A DNA stretch of 62,069 bases from NCBI GenBank assembly GCA_050012475.1, contig JBEKHC010000016.1, forward strand, positions 1-62,069, written 5' to 3'. The notes under the pieces were generated by a model. The model was not told where the DNA came from. It ran no database searches and was given only the letters and a program-made list of their open reading frames with translations. Below are positions 51,352 to 61,827 of the stretch, in pieces (positions within the stretch are counted from its first letter, which is position 1; each line of letters opens with the position of its first letter). This DNA is from Candidatus Velthaea sp. Lineage in GTDB: Bacteria > Vulcanimicrobiota > Vulcanimicrobiia > Vulcanimicrobiales > Vulcanimicrobiaceae. The translations under genes and the position numbers were made by a program.

Positions 51352-52959
51352 ATGTCCGCGTACGATTTCCCCCTGCTCATCAAGCAATTATTGCTCGCGC
51401 CGCTGGCGCACCGCTCCACGACGGAGATTGTTTACCGTGGGCGGCGCTTCGGCTACCCGATGCTGCGCGAGCGGATCGGCCGGCTGGGCAGCACGCTTTG
51501 CGGGCTGGGAGTACAACGCGGTGACACCGTCGCGGTGATGGACTGGGACAGTCACCGTTATCTCGAGTGTTACTTCGCCATACCGATGATCGGCGCGGTC
51601 CTCGAGACCGTCAACGTGAGGTTTTCCAAAGAGCAGCTCATCTATTGTCTCAACCACGCGGAAGCAAGCGTCCTTATTTGCAATCTCGAATTCTTGCCGA
51701 TCATCGATGCGATTCGCTCCGAGTTGACCGGCATCTCGAAGATCATCTGGGCGAGCGACTCGGGACCGCTTCCGGCCGGACTCGCGGGCGAGGGGGAGTA
51801 CGAGGACGTGATCGCACGGGGCGACCCCGCCCATCCGTTCCCGGACTTCGACGAGAACACGCGCGCGACGATCTTTTACACGACCGGCACGACGGGTTTG
51901 CCAAAAGGCGTCACGTTCACGCACCGGCAGCTGGTGCTGCACACGCTCGCCACGTCCGCGACGCTCGGGATCAAGCGTGAAACGGTGTACATGCCGATGA
52001 CGCCGATGTTTCACGTGCACGCCTGGGGACTTCCCTACGTTGCGACGCTTGCGGGCTGCAAACAGGTGTATCCGGGACGGTATCTCCCCGATGCGCTGTT
52101 GGGTTTGATTCGCGACGAGCGAGTCACCTTCACGCACTGCGTGCCGACGATTTTACAGATGCTGCTTGCGGCGCCGGGCTCGGAAAAGATCGATCTGAAC
52201 GGGTTGCGGATGATCGTCGGCGGTTCCGCGCTGCCGCGCGCGTTGTGCGAGGCGGCGCTGGCACGCGGCATCGACGCGTTCACCGGCTACGGCATGTCGG
52301 AGACCTGTCCGCTGCTCGCTGTCGCCGCGCTGCACCCGCAGACGCCCCGCGATCTGGAACACGAGATACAAACGCGCATGAAGGCCGGACACTCGCTTCC
52401 GCTCGTCGATTTGCGCATCGTCGATTTCGATATGAACGACGTCGCGCACGACGGCATCGCGACGGGCGAGATCGTGGCGCGCGCGCCGTGGCTCACGCAG
52501 GTCTATTATAAGAATCCGGCCGCCACGGACGTGCTGTGGGGCGGCGGGTTCCTGCACACGCAAGACATTGGCACGATCGACTCCGAAGGCAACGTGCAAA
52601 TCACCGACCGGCTCAAAGACCTCATCAAGACCGGCGGAGAGTGGGTTTCTTCGTTGGAGCTCGAGAGCATCATCGGAAATGATCCCGACGTCGCCGAGGT
52701 TGCCGTGATCGGGCTACCCGATCCGAAGTGGGGCGAGCGCCCTGCGGCGGTGGTCGTCGCGCGCGCGGGCGTGACCTTGCACGCCGCCGATATCAAGGCG
52801 CGCGTTATGCGTCTCGCCGACGTTGGCGTCGTGCCCAAATACGCCGTTCCCGCCCACGTATTCTTCCTGGCGGAGCTGCCCAAAACGAGCGTCGGAAAGC
52901 TCGACAAGAAAGTGCTGCGCCAGGTGTTCTCGTCCGTGAGTTTCGTCGAAGCCGTCTGA
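51352..52959 (+). CDS. Fatty-acid-CoA ligase (AlkK/DmdB-like)
   Basis: YTTGTTGLPKG, PMFHVHAWG, GYGMSET, KTGGEW and LPKTSVGK. AAAGGAG RBS. Confidence 0.93.
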   Translation: MSAYDFPLLIKQLLLAPLAHRSTTEIVYRGRRFGYPMLRERIGRLGSTLCGLGVQRGDTVAVMDWDSHRYLECYFAIPMIGAVLETVNVRFSKEQLIYCLNHAEASVLICNLEFLPIIDAIRSELTGISKIIWASDSGPLPAGLAGEGEYEDVIARGDPAHPFPDFDENTRATIFYTTGTTGLPKGVTFTHRQLVLHTLATSATLGIKRETVYMPMTPMFHVHAWGLPYVATLAGCKQVYPGRYLPDALLGLIRDERVTFTHCVPTILQMLLAAPGSEKIDLNGLRMIVGGSALPRALCEAALARGIDAFTGYGMSETCPLLAVAALHPQTPRDLEHEIQTRMKAGHSLPLVDLRIVDFDMNDVAHDGIATGEIVARAPWLTQVYYKNPAATDVLWGGGFLHTQDIGTIDSEGNVQITDRLKDLIKTGGEWVSSLELESIIGNDPDVAEVAVIGLPDPKWGERPAAVVVARAGVTLHAADIKARVMRLADVGVVPKYAVPAHVFFLAELPKTSVGKLDKKVLRQVFSSVSFVEAV

Positions 52960-53083
52960 CGCGTCGACAATCGCGACGCTGCCCGCGGAGCGTCTGCGGG
53001 CCGCCGTCGCGGTCGCCAGCGCCGCCGCGCATGGCGAGTCGGGCGGTGTGCCGCCCAAGTCCTCGCCGCGCGCGGCAGAACCG

Positions 53084-53995
53084 TTAACCGGTTTTTGCCA
53101 ACATCTCCGCGCCGTTGCTGATCTCGTGGTCCGCGAGCAGTTCCAATGCGCGCACCATCGCCGAGTGATCCCAAGCGCTGCCGCCGCGAGCCGCGCAAGC
53201 GTTGAAAAGTTCCTGACAGGTTGCCGTGTTGGGCAGGCTGATCTGCAGCGACCTCGCGCCCTCGAGGGCGAGATTGAGATCTTTCTGGTGCAGCTTGATT
53301 CGAAATCCCGGCTCGAAATTGCGCTTGATCATCCGCTCGCCGTGAACTTCCAAGACGCGTGACGCGGCGAAACCGCCCATCAGTGCTTCGCGCACGCGCG
53401 CCGGATCGGCACCTGCCTTCGAAGCGAACAGCAGCGCTTCCCCGACCGCCTCGATCGTAAGCGCAACGATGATCTGGTTGGCCACCTTTGTCGTTTGTCC
53501 GTCGCCGTTGCCGCCGACGAGCGTAATGTTTTTGCCCATCAGTTCGAGCAACGGGCGCACCCGTTCGAACCCGGCCGCGGATCCGCCGACCATGATGGTC
53601 AGCGATGCTGCACGCGCACCGACGTCACCGCCGGAGACCGGCGCATCGAGATACTCGCAGCCGAGATCGTTGATGCGTTTCGCGAACGCCTTCGTCGCGA
53701 TCGGTGAGATCGAGCTCATATCGATCACCACCTTGCCGGCGCTGAGTCCCTCGGCGATACCGTCCTTGGCGAACAATGCCGCATCGACATCCGGCGTGTC
53801 CGGCACCATTAGAATCACGATCTCCGCTTGTGTCGCAACCTCCCGTCCCGAAGCACAATCGATCGCACCGCCGGCCAGCAACTCCTTCGGGACGGCGCCG
53901 AGGTCGTGCAGGAATAGCTTGTGCCCGGCCTTCTGTAGATGGGCAGCCATGGGCCGGCCCATGATTCCGAGGCCGACGAATCCGATTTGTTTCAT
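53084..53995 (-). CDS. glxR: 2-hydroxy-3-oxopropionate (tartronate semialdehyde) reductase
   Basis: GFVGLGIMGRPM, MVPDTPDV, DAPVSGG, GQTTKVANQII and PGFRIKLHQKDL. Confidence 0.93.
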   Translation of the reverse strand: MKQIGFVGLGIMGRPMAAHLQKAGHKLFLHDLGAVPKELLAGGAIDCASGREVATQAEIVILMVPDTPDVDAALFAKDGIAEGLSAGKVVIDMSSISPIATKAFAKRINDLGCEYLDAPVSGGDVGARAASLTIMVGGSAAGFERVRPLLELMGKNITLVGGNGDGQTTKVANQIIVALTIEAVGEALLFASKAGADPARVREALMGGFAASRVLEVHGERMIKRNFEPGFRIKLHQKDLNLALEGARSLQISLPNTATCQELFNACAARGGSAWDHSAMVRALELLADHEISNGAEMLAKTG

Positions 53996-54286
53996 GTCTC
54001 TCTTTCCTGGCCAATGTTGCTGCAACGCGTGCCGCAGCGTTCGTTAGGTTCGTTGTATGCGTCCGCTCGTCGTATGCGTTCGCTCGTCGCTTCCTGCGAC
54101 GAGAACCGGTCCGCGCTGGCGAAAACGCCTTTCGCAGATCAACGCCAATCAGCAACCTAGTCTAGCTCCCTGCCGGCCGCGACGACCATGACTTGATCGT
54201 AACAGCTGAGTATGCCGGCTGGATGGCAGTGTGCGCAGCCGGGATGCATTCTTCTTCAAGGGATGCGGTAAAGGCGCGGTTCGCAG

Positions 54287-55567
54287 CTATGCGGCCCGCG
54301 CGGGGAACGGCCGTGCGAGCGCGGTCGGACCGGTCTTGCGATCTCGTAACAGAGCCCACACCACGAAAAATGCCGTGATATCAAAGATGCTCAGGCAGAT
54401 GAAGAGCGGCGGGTAGCCGACGATCCCGACTAAGTGACCGATGGTCAGGGTAAACAGCGTTGCCCCCAGATATCCCGCCATTCCGGCAAACCCGGTCGCG
54501 GTGGCGACGTCCTGCTTCTCGAACTTGTCGGTCACCAGCGCATACATCAGACTCGACAACATTTGGTGGGCAAAGCCGCCCAGTGAAAAAAGTAAGATCG
54601 CCACGATCGGGCTGCTGACGAGGCCAACGAGAGCCGGCCCGATCATGCAGAAAGCCCCGACGCCGATGCCCGCGATTCGGGAATTTACCAGCGACATATG
54701 CGCCCGCGTGTGCAAGTACGGTGAGAGGTAGCCGCCGACGACGGAGCCGAGGTCGGCAGCCAGGAACGGCAGCCATCCGAAAAGGGCGAATTGCTTGATG
54801 TCCATGCCGCGAGCGCTGATCATGTAGAGCGGTATCCAAAAGCTAAACGTTTGCCAGGCGGGCTCGGTGAGGAATCGTGCAACGGCCAAGCCCCAGAAGT
54901 CGCGTTTCGCGAGAACGTCGCGAATTGACGGCTTCCCCAGCACCGGTGCCTCGTCACCCGTTATGTAGACTTGCTCGTCCGTGCTCAGACGCGGATGCCG
55001 CTGCGGATCGCGGTAGAGGATGATCCACAACAGCGCCACGACCAACGCGGCGGCGCCGGTCGCGATAAACGCGTACTGCCAGCCCCAGGTGAGCAATAAC
55101 CAAACGACGAGAATCGGGGTGAGCATGGCCCCGACGGAACTGCCGATATTCGCCCAGCCGGTCGCCACGGAACGCTCTTTGGGAGGGAACCACAGGGCCG
55201 CAGTCTTTACGGTAGCCGGTATGTTGGCGGACGCAGCCACGCCGAGCAGCCCCCGAAAAGCAGCCATTGCCTGCCAACTTCCCGCAAAGGCGTGCAGCAC
55301 GGCGGACAGGCCCCAGAGAACCGCAAAAATGAAATACCCGATCCGCAACCCGATCAGATCGATGATATATCCCGCAGCCGGCTGCATGAGGCTGTAGAAG
55401 AGCAAAAACGCAACGACGATGAACGAGTACTGCTCGGTCGAGAAATGCAGAATCTTTTCGAGCGCCGGCGCCAGGACCGCGAGCGTGTTGCGGTCGATGT
55501 AGTTGACAACGCCTCCCAGGCCAACGAGGACGAGGATATACCACCGCAGACCGCGCGTCTTCATCAT
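54287..55567 (-). CDS. exuT: MFS hexuronate transporter (ExuT-like)
   Basis: LRWYIL, NYIDRN, WFPPKER, ARFLTEPAW.TF.FWIP and GGFAHQ. TAATG coupling to udh. Confidence 0.88.
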   Translation of the reverse strand: MMKTRGLRWYILVLVGLGGVVNYIDRNTLAVLAPALEKILHFSTEQYSFIVVAFLLFYSLMQPAAGYIIDLIGLRIGYFIFAVLWGLSAVLHAFAGSWQAMAAFRGLLGVAASANIPATVKTAALWFPPKERSVATGWANIGSSVGAMLTPILVVWLLLTWGWQYAFIATGAAALVVALLWIILYRDPQRHPRLSTDEQVYITGDEAPVLGKPSIRDVLAKRDFWGLAVARFLTEPAWQTFSFWIPLYMISARGMDIKQFALFGWLPFLAADLGSVVGGYLSPYLHTRAHMSLVNSRIAGIGVGAFCMIGPALVGLVSSPIVAILLFSLGGFAHQMLSSLMYALVTDKFEKQDVATATGFAGMAGYLGATLFTLTIGHLVGIVGYPPLFICLSIFDITAFFVVWALLRDRKTGPTALARPFPARAA

Positions 55568-56394
55568 TAGCGGATCGCTTCGATCCGACACTGCTGGTTG
55601 GGAGCGGTGAAATCAATGCCGGCGAAGCCGCCGCCCTGAAACTGCTGCGCGATCTCGCTCAGTGGATTTTGCAGGCGCAGAATTTCCGGCGCGTAGATTT
55701 CGGCGTTTTGCACCGGCCGATAGCCGATGCGTTCGCAGCCGGCCGGCGTCCAGTAACTCCGGGTATTGTCCGAAACACCCCAAGCCACGACGAATCCGAC
55801 CTCGGGAACCGCAATGCAGCACATGATGAACTGCAAGAGGTCTTCGAAACCGAACCAGGTGCTGAGATGTCGGAACTCCGTCGGTTTGGGCAGGGCGCTG
55901 CCGATCCGCACGCAGATACTCTCGATGCCGTGCTTATCCCAATAAAGCCGGGCCAAGCCCTCACCCCACATCTTGCTCAGTCCGTAGAATCCATCCGGGC
56001 GAAAGTCACAGTTGATATCGAGCTTGTCGTCGACGCCGTGCATTCCCACCGCGTGGTTTGAGCTTGCGAAGACGATGCGCTTTACATGATGCCTGCGGGC
56101 TCCCTCATAAACGGCGTGCAGGACGACCAGGTTATTCTCGATGACTTCAGGCAAGGGTCGCTCGACGCTGGTCGCGGCCATGTGGATCAGCATGTCGACG
56201 CCGGAGAGAAGGCGGTCGACGTTGACCGGTTCGCGGAGGTCACCGAAGCATACGTCTTCCCGCGGGTGAAGCGCCGTGAGGGGAGTGTGTCCAGCCGCGG
56301 AACGAAGCTCCACGTTCTTCCCAAGCAAGGCGGGGCGCAGGAAACGCCCGATCTGGCCGCCCGAACCGGAAAGCGCGACCTTATTTATGCTCAT
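55567..56394 (-). CDS. udh: Uronate dehydrogenase (SDR/epimerase family)
   Basis: FASSNHAVG, RPDGFYGLSK, YWDKHGIE..CVRIGS and R.LSTW, in a uronate gene context. Confidence 0.82.
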   Translation of the reverse strand: MSINKVALSGSGGQIGRFLRPALLGKNVELRSAAGHTPLTALHPREDVCFGDLREPVNVDRLLSGVDMLIHMAATSVERPLPEVIENNLVVLHAVYEGARRHHVKRIVFASSNHAVGMHGVDDKLDINCDFRPDGFYGLSKMWGEGLARLYWDKHGIESICVRIGSALPKPTEFRHLSTWFGFEDLLQFIMCCIAVPEVGFVVAWGVSDNTRSYWTPAGCERIGYRPVQNAEIYAPEILRLQNPLSEIAQQFQGGGFAGIDFTAPNQQCRIEAIR

Positions 56395-56863
56395 GTGCTA
56401 ACCGAGCTTCTCAGCAAGTTTGCTGATCGAATTGGGTTGCGTCTCCGCGCGCCGTCTTGATTTCAAATCATTGCGGCGTTTCTCAGAGCGCTGGTTTCAT
56501 CACGTCCGCTCGAGCGGCCCTTTCGCGCGTAAAATTCGAGCGCCTCGTCGCCGATCGCATGATCGCGATCGATCCAGATCGCGAAACTCACCGGACCAGG
56601 AAACCGGACGACAGCGCTACGAATGATTTAAAGTGCGAATTTATAGTACCATTATCGTTAGAAAATAACACGTTCTGGCAAGAAATAAAATCTTCGCTCG
56701 TGCCCGCCACATGTGTGTGCGGCGACGCCGCGAATGTCCGGCGCCGATTTGAACAGACCGCGTTCGTCGCTCGCAGCCTCGACGATAGACAAAGGCAGGA
56801 ACTCGTGCCGCACAACCCTCGCCACCCGCATCAACGAGCTTGCGTATTCGTCGTGTCGCACTC

Positions 56864-57937
56864 ATGAGACGGTTCGTCTATGTGGGCAGCTACACGTCGG
56901 CGGACCGAAACGGTCGCGGTTCGGGGATCTCGGTGTTTCGCGCCGAGGCCGTCGGCCTGCCGTGGACGCATCTTCAGACGCTCGCGACCATCGACAACCC
57001 GTCCCTGCTGCGAACCGCGTCGAAGGGCCGGATGCTTTATGCGGTTCATGGCGGCCGCACCACGATCAGCGCCTTCGCCGTCGATCCGGTCAACGGCCGG
57101 ATCGCCGCCCACGGCAACCAGCAAAGCGGCGGGGAAAACCCGGTGGATATTGGCTTTCTCGGAGGCGACCGCTTTCTGGTGACCGCAAATTACAGCTCGG
57201 GAACGGTCGCGGTGCTTCCGCTCGATGAGACCGGAGGGCTGCAGCCGGCTTGCCAGATCATTCCGCTTGCGCGCCCTGGATATCGCGCCGACGAACAGTC
57301 GCCGTCCATGCCGCACGGCGTCACCGTCGACCGTTCCGGCAACTTTGTCCTCATCCCATGCAAGGGTCTCGACAGCGTGTTCATCTTCCGCTTCGACTCT
57401 TCGGGACAACTGCTGCCCGCGCAGATGCCCTTCGCGGCCTGCAAACCCGGCAGCGGGCCGCGACATGCGGTCTTTCATCCGAGGCTTCCCGTTCTGTATG
57501 TCGTCGGCGAACTCGGCTCTTGCGTGCAGACGTTTCGTTGGGATGCCGCTAACGGCAGCCTTCAGGAAATGCAAATCCGCTCGTCCCTCCCGGATGCCGC
57601 AGCGCCTCAAAGTGCGGCCGCCGAAATCGCCATCGCGGCACATGGGCGCGACCTCTACGCCTCAAACCGGGGACACGATTCCATCGTTCATTTCCTTCTT
57701 GATGAAGCGACGGGATCGCTGGGGACCGCAAGCTGGACGCCTTGTTTCGGGCACGATCCGCGATTCTTCGCCCTTGCACCGGATGGGCGCGCGCTGCACG
57801 TTGCAAATCAAGAGAGCGATACCATTGTGTCGTTTCCGCTGACCGATGCCGGGCAGCTTGGGAATCCGTCCGTGTCCGCGAACGTCGGAAGTCCGAGCTC
57901 CATCTGCTTTGGCGCGCCGTCAGTCGGCGCGGGATAG
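56864..57937 (+). CDS. Pgl/YbhE-family 7-bladed lactonase (probable aldarolactonase)
   Basis: VYVGSYT, ANYSSG, GSGPRH, ASNRGHDS, PRFF and ANQESD. Confidence 0.88.
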   Translation: MRRFVYVGSYTSADRNGRGSGISVFRAEAVGLPWTHLQTLATIDNPSLLRTASKGRMLYAVHGGRTTISAFAVDPVNGRIAAHGNQQSGGENPVDIGFLGGDRFLVTANYSSGTVAVLPLDETGGLQPACQIIPLARPGYRADEQSPSMPHGVTVDRSGNFVLIPCKGLDSVFIFRFDSSGQLLPAQMPFAACKPGSGPRHAVFHPRLPVLYVVGELGSCVQTFRWDAANGSLQEMQIRSSLPDAAAPQSAAAEIAIAAHGRDLYASNRGHDSIVHFLLDEATGSLGTASWTPCFGHDPRFFALAPDGRALHVANQESDTIVSFPLTDAGQLGNPSVSANVGSPSSICFGAPSVGAG

Positions 57938-57957
57938 CGAGACCACGCTACCACGAC

Positions 57958-58770
57958 TTATACTTCAGCTCGAACCGACCCGTTCGTAGCGTGCGGCGCC
58001 GACACGGCTCCGCGGGCAGCCATCTTCGCGACGACCTGCTGGGCGCCGGCTGCGATCAAGCGGGCATCGGAACTCACTGTTACGAACTGAAAGCCTTTTT
58101 CGATCCGCTTCAATGCGGCTTCCGGAGTGCCGTTGTGGATTCCGGCAACCACGCCGTGAGCTTTGGCACGCGCGAGGATGTGATCGATGGCCCGGGCAAC
58201 CGGCTCGTCCACGTCGTCGAACGTCGGCGTACACCCGAGCGCAAGCGAAAGATCGGACGGGCCGATGTAGACCGCGTCAAGGCCCTTCACCGAGAGAATG
58301 TCGTCGAGATTGTCGAGCGCCCGCTGCGTTTCGATCTGCGCGAAGACGACGATCGTTTCATCGGCGTGCCGCGGATAATCCGCGCCGCCGTAAAGCAAAG
58401 CTCGCACCGGACCGAAGCTGCGCACGCCGCGCGGCTGATAATGCGTGTACGAAACGAGCAATTCGGCGTCGGCGCGGGTGTTGACCATCGGGCAGATCAC
58501 TGCGTAGGCGCCTGCGTCGAGCATCTTCATGAGGATCCCCGGTTCGAGCCACGGCACGCGAACCACGGGGACGGTGTCGGTCGTCGAAATCGCCGTCAAC
58601 ATGTTGACCGCCGCCTGATAGTCGACCACGCCATGCTCGAGATCGATCGTAAGCGAGTCCCACCCTTGGTGCGCCATCGTTTCGGTCGCGAACGCGCTTG
58701 GAATAGCGAGCCAGCCGTTGAGGACCGCACCTCCGGTTTTCCAAATCGTCCGAATTCTGTTCTCGCGCAT
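57958..58770 (-). CDS. HpcH/HpaI-family aldolase (GarL-like role)
   Basis: IDLEHG, VRVP, LDAGA, QIET and YIGPSDLS. Confidence 0.9.
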   Translation of the reverse strand: MRENRIRTIWKTGGAVLNGWLAIPSAFATETMAHQGWDSLTIDLEHGVVDYQAAVNMLTAISTTDTVPVVRVPWLEPGILMKMLDAGAYAVICPMVNTRADAELLVSYTHYQPRGVRSFGPVRALLYGGADYPRHADETIVVFAQIETQRALDNLDDILSVKGLDAVYIGPSDLSLALGCTPTFDDVDEPVARAIDHILARAKAHGVVAGIHNGTPEAALKRIEKGFQFVTVSSDARLIAAGAQQVVAKMAARGAVSAPHATNGSVRAEV

Positions 58771-58911
58771 CGGCATGTCCTTTCTGTGCGTGGGCCGCGT
58801 TCGGATCAGCGCACGAGCGCGTCGCTTGTTGCCGAACTTCAATCAAAGGGGATCCTGGGTGCTACCGCTACCTAGTAGAATGACTTCGTCGATCCATCGC
58901 GTTTGCGACTC

Positions 58912-60102
58912 CTATGGTCGCTTACCGAATTCGACGTGATCCGCAGTCCATGCGGCAGCCTGCGCGCTCAGGCTGAAGCCGAGCCCGGGACGGTTCGGAA
59001 CGAGCATTCGGCCGGCCTTGATCTCGAGGCGTTCGTTGAACATCGGCTCGAGCCACTCGAAGTGCTCCACCCACGGCTCGCGCGCATAGGCAGCAGCGAG
59101 ATGCAGGTGAATCTCCATTGCAAAGTGCGGGGCTAAGCGCAAGCCTTTGTGATCCGCAAACGCGGTGATCTTCAGAAACTGCGTGATCCCGCCAACCCGC
59201 GGGGCGTCGGGCTGGATGAAGTCGACCGCATCGTTCCGGATGAGCTCCCAGTGTTCGGCGACGCTCGTGAGCATCTCACCACTCGCGATGGGCGTGTCCA
59301 ACTGCGCAGCCAGCGCGGCGTGACCCTCAGCGTCGTAGGCGTCGAGGGGCTCTTCGATCCAGGCTAAGTTGAATTGCTCGAGGATGTGTCCGAACCGATG
59401 CGCGGTCGGACGATCCCATTGCTGGTTTGCGTCGACCATGAGCGGAACGCTCGGTCCAAGGTGATCTCGGACGGCTTGGACGCGCTTGAGGTCGATCATC
59501 GGGTCGGGCTGGCCGACCTTGATCTTGATTCCGCCGATTCCGTTTGCCAAGGCTTTCGAGCTGTTCTCCAGCACTTGCTCGATCGGGGTCGATAAAAAGC
59601 CCCCCGAGGTGTTGTAGCATTGCACCGAGTCGCGATGAGCACCAAGCAACTTCGCCAACGGCAAATTCGCGCGCTTGGCTTTGAGGTCCCAAAGAGCGAT
59701 ATCAAAGGCCGCGATGGCCTGCGTCGCAAGTCCGCTGCGGCCGACGGAGGCGCCGGCCCACATCAGCTTCTCCCAGAGCCGAGCGATGTCGTTGGGATCC
59801 TCGCCAAGCAAATTTTCCGCGATTTCTTTGGCGTGCGCGTATTGGCCCGGGCCGCCGGCACGCTTGGAGTAACTGAAACCGATGCCTTCGTGTCCCTGCC
59901 GCGTCGCAATCTCCGCAAACAGAAACGCGATCTCCGTCATCGGTTTCTGGCGTCCGGTGAGTACCTTTGCGTCACTTATCGGTGTTTTCAGCGGGAGGAA
60001 CACCAGGGACAGCTTGATCCAAGCGATGCGGTCGGTCGTCGCCTCACCGGCCTCGAGTCCGGCGGCCAACGGAGCAGCCGTGATAAACTCAGTGAACACC
60101 AT
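58912..60102 (-). CDS. L-talarate/galactarate dehydratase (enolase superfamily)
   Basis: ISDAKVLTGRQKP, YSKRAGG, KIKVG, DANQQW, EEPLD and APHFAMEIH. Confidence 0.9.
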   Translation of the reverse strand: MVFTEFITAAPLAAGLEAGEATTDRIAWIKLSLVFLPLKTPISDAKVLTGRQKPMTEIAFLFAEIATRQGHEGIGFSYSKRAGGPGQYAHAKEIAENLLGEDPNDIARLWEKLMWAGASVGRSGLATQAIAAFDIALWDLKAKRANLPLAKLLGAHRDSVQCYNTSGGFLSTPIEQVLENSSKALANGIGGIKIKVGQPDPMIDLKRVQAVRDHLGPSVPLMVDANQQWDRPTAHRFGHILEQFNLAWIEEPLDAYDAEGHAALAAQLDTPIASGEMLTSVAEHWELIRNDAVDFIQPDAPRVGGITQFLKITAFADHKGLRLAPHFAMEIHLHLAAAYAREPWVEHFEWLEPMFNERLEIKAGRMLVPNRPGLGFSLSAQAAAWTADHVEFGKRP

Positions 60103-60162
60103 GATTTGATTCCTTGCTCCTAGGATGTGCCGGGTTACCGACCATGACGACAGGATGGGTGT

Positions 60163-60250
60163 CCTCGGCTTCGCTCGGATGGGCGCGCCCCTCGGCTTCG
60201 CTCGGTACGCCCGCCCGAAGCCTCCGGGCTTGCGGCAAAGCCGCAAGCCC
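60163..60250. repeat. REP-like cluster: CCTCGGCTTCGCTCGG x2 plus hairpin GGGCTTGCGGC-AAA-GCCGCAAGCCC
   Basis: Direct copies at 60163 and 60190. An 11-bp stem spans 60226-60250. Confidence 0.85.
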
Positions 60251-60465
60251 GAACGATCGACAAAGCCGATCCGCTGGGCGAGATGCGAACAACGCATCGA
60301 CCCTTTCGGCATGCTCGAGATTCCGATGCCTCCAGTTGACGCAAGCGTTTCGGCCCTGCGATTCGCGACGCGCTGATCAGCAGCAGTCGAATTCTATCGC
60401 ACGACGAGCACATTCGGTATCGTGGAATCTATGGAACGTCCGGGGCATCGCCCGCCACCGTTTGC

Positions 60466-61827
60466 TCAGCGCACTAGGCTAGGACGCTTGCCGTCGAACG
60501 TCCAGCCCGGAATCAGCTGTCGCATCGCGATCGCGTCATCGCGCGCGCCAAGCCCTCGTTCCTGGTACAACCGGTGGTGCTTCTCGAGCTGGTGCATGTC
60601 GATTTCAATGCCCAGGCCTGGTTTTTTAGGAACCCGAATCTTGCCCATCTGAATTTGGGGAGGATCGCGGGTCAATCGCTCACCGTCCTGCCAGATCCAA
60701 TGCGTGTCGACCGCCGTAATGTCACCCGGGGCGGCTGCGGCACAATGTGTCAACATCGCGAGCGAAATATCGAAGTGATTGTTGGAGTGCGATCCCCAGG
60801 TGAGCCCCCACTCGCGGCACAGCTGCGCGACGCGCACCGATCCGGCCAGCGTCCAGAAATGCGGATCCGCCAAGGGGATCGTGATCGCGTTCAGCGCGAT
60901 CGCATGACCCAGCTCGCGCCAATCGGTGGCGATCATATTCGTCGCGGTCGGCATGCCGGTTGCGCGCCGAAACTCGGCCAACACTTCCCGCCCGGAGAAC
61001 ACCCCTTCGGCACCGCACGGATCCTCGGCATAGGCCATAATGCCGTGCAAATCGCGGCAAAGCCGCACCGCCTCTTTCAAGGGCCAACTGCCATTGGGAT
61101 CGAGGGTTATCCGAGCTTCCGGAAAACGCTCGTGCAGGGCCCGGATTGCGTCGGCTTCTTCTTCGCCCCGGAGCACGCCGCCCTTGAGCTTGAAGTCGTT
61201 GAATCCATAGCGGGCATGCGCCGCCTCCGCGAGCCGGACGACGGCTGCGGGACTCATCGCCGTTTCGTTGCGAAGGCGAAACCACTCATTGTCCGCCTGC
61301 GGTTCACTTCGATACGGCAAATCCGTGCGGCGCCGATCGCCGACATAGAACAAATACCCAAGCACCGCTACCGAGTCTCGTTGCTGTCCCTCACCGAGCA
61401 GTTCCGCAACCGGCACGCCCAAGTGTTGCCCAAGCAGGTCGAGCAGGGCCGCCTCGAGCGCCGTGACGGCGTGAATCGTCGTGCGCAGGTCGAACGTCTG
61501 AAGACCTCGCCCGCCAGCATCGCGATCCGCGAACCGCAACCTCACACCGTTGAGAATGCGGTGATATTCGCCGATCGAATGACCGACGACGAGCTCGCGT
61601 GCATCCTCGAGCGTCTGCCGAATCGTCTCGCCGCCTGGAACCTCGCCGAGGCCGGTATTGTTCGCGCTGTCTTTGAGGATGACGATGTTGCGGGTAAAGA
61701 ATGGCCCGTGCGCGCCGCTGAGGTTCAGCAACATGCTGTCGTGCCCGGCAACCGGAACGACTTGAAGTTCGGTAACGAGCGGGGCACCGTGGCGGTCTGC
61801 CACCGCTTTGCCGGGAGCTACGCGCAT
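60466..61827 (-). CDS. gudD: Glucarate dehydratase
   Basis: [48 protein letters not shown] and DTHWIWQ. GAGG RBS. Confidence 0.95.
   Translation of the reverse strand: MRVAPGKAVADRHGAPLVTELQVVPVAGHDSMLLNLSGAHGPFFTRNIVILKDSANNTGLGEVPGGETIRQTLEDARELVVGHSIGEYHRILNGVRLRFADRDAGGRGLQTFDLRTTIHAVTALEAALLDLLGQHLGVPVAELLGEGQQRDSVAVLGYLFYVGDRRRTDLPYRSEPQADNEWFRLRNETAMSPAAVVRLAEAAHARYGFNDFKLKGGVLRGEEEADAIRALHERFPEARITLDPNGSWPLKEAVRLCRDLHGIMAYAEDPCGAEGVFSGREVLAEFRRATGMPTATNMIATDWRELGHAIALNAITIPLADPHFWTLAGSVRVAQLCREWGLTWGSHSNNHFDISLAMLTHCAAAAPGDITAVDTHWIWQDGERLTRDPPQIQMGKIRVPKKPGLGIEIDMHQLEKHHRLYQERGLGARDDAIAMRQLIPGWTFDGKRPSLVR

Noticed and set aside
56489..56535. TCACG...TAAAAT upstream of the lactonase as another motif copy
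   Set aside because: It lacks the TTCC block and the GATW extension, and the spacing is off by one.
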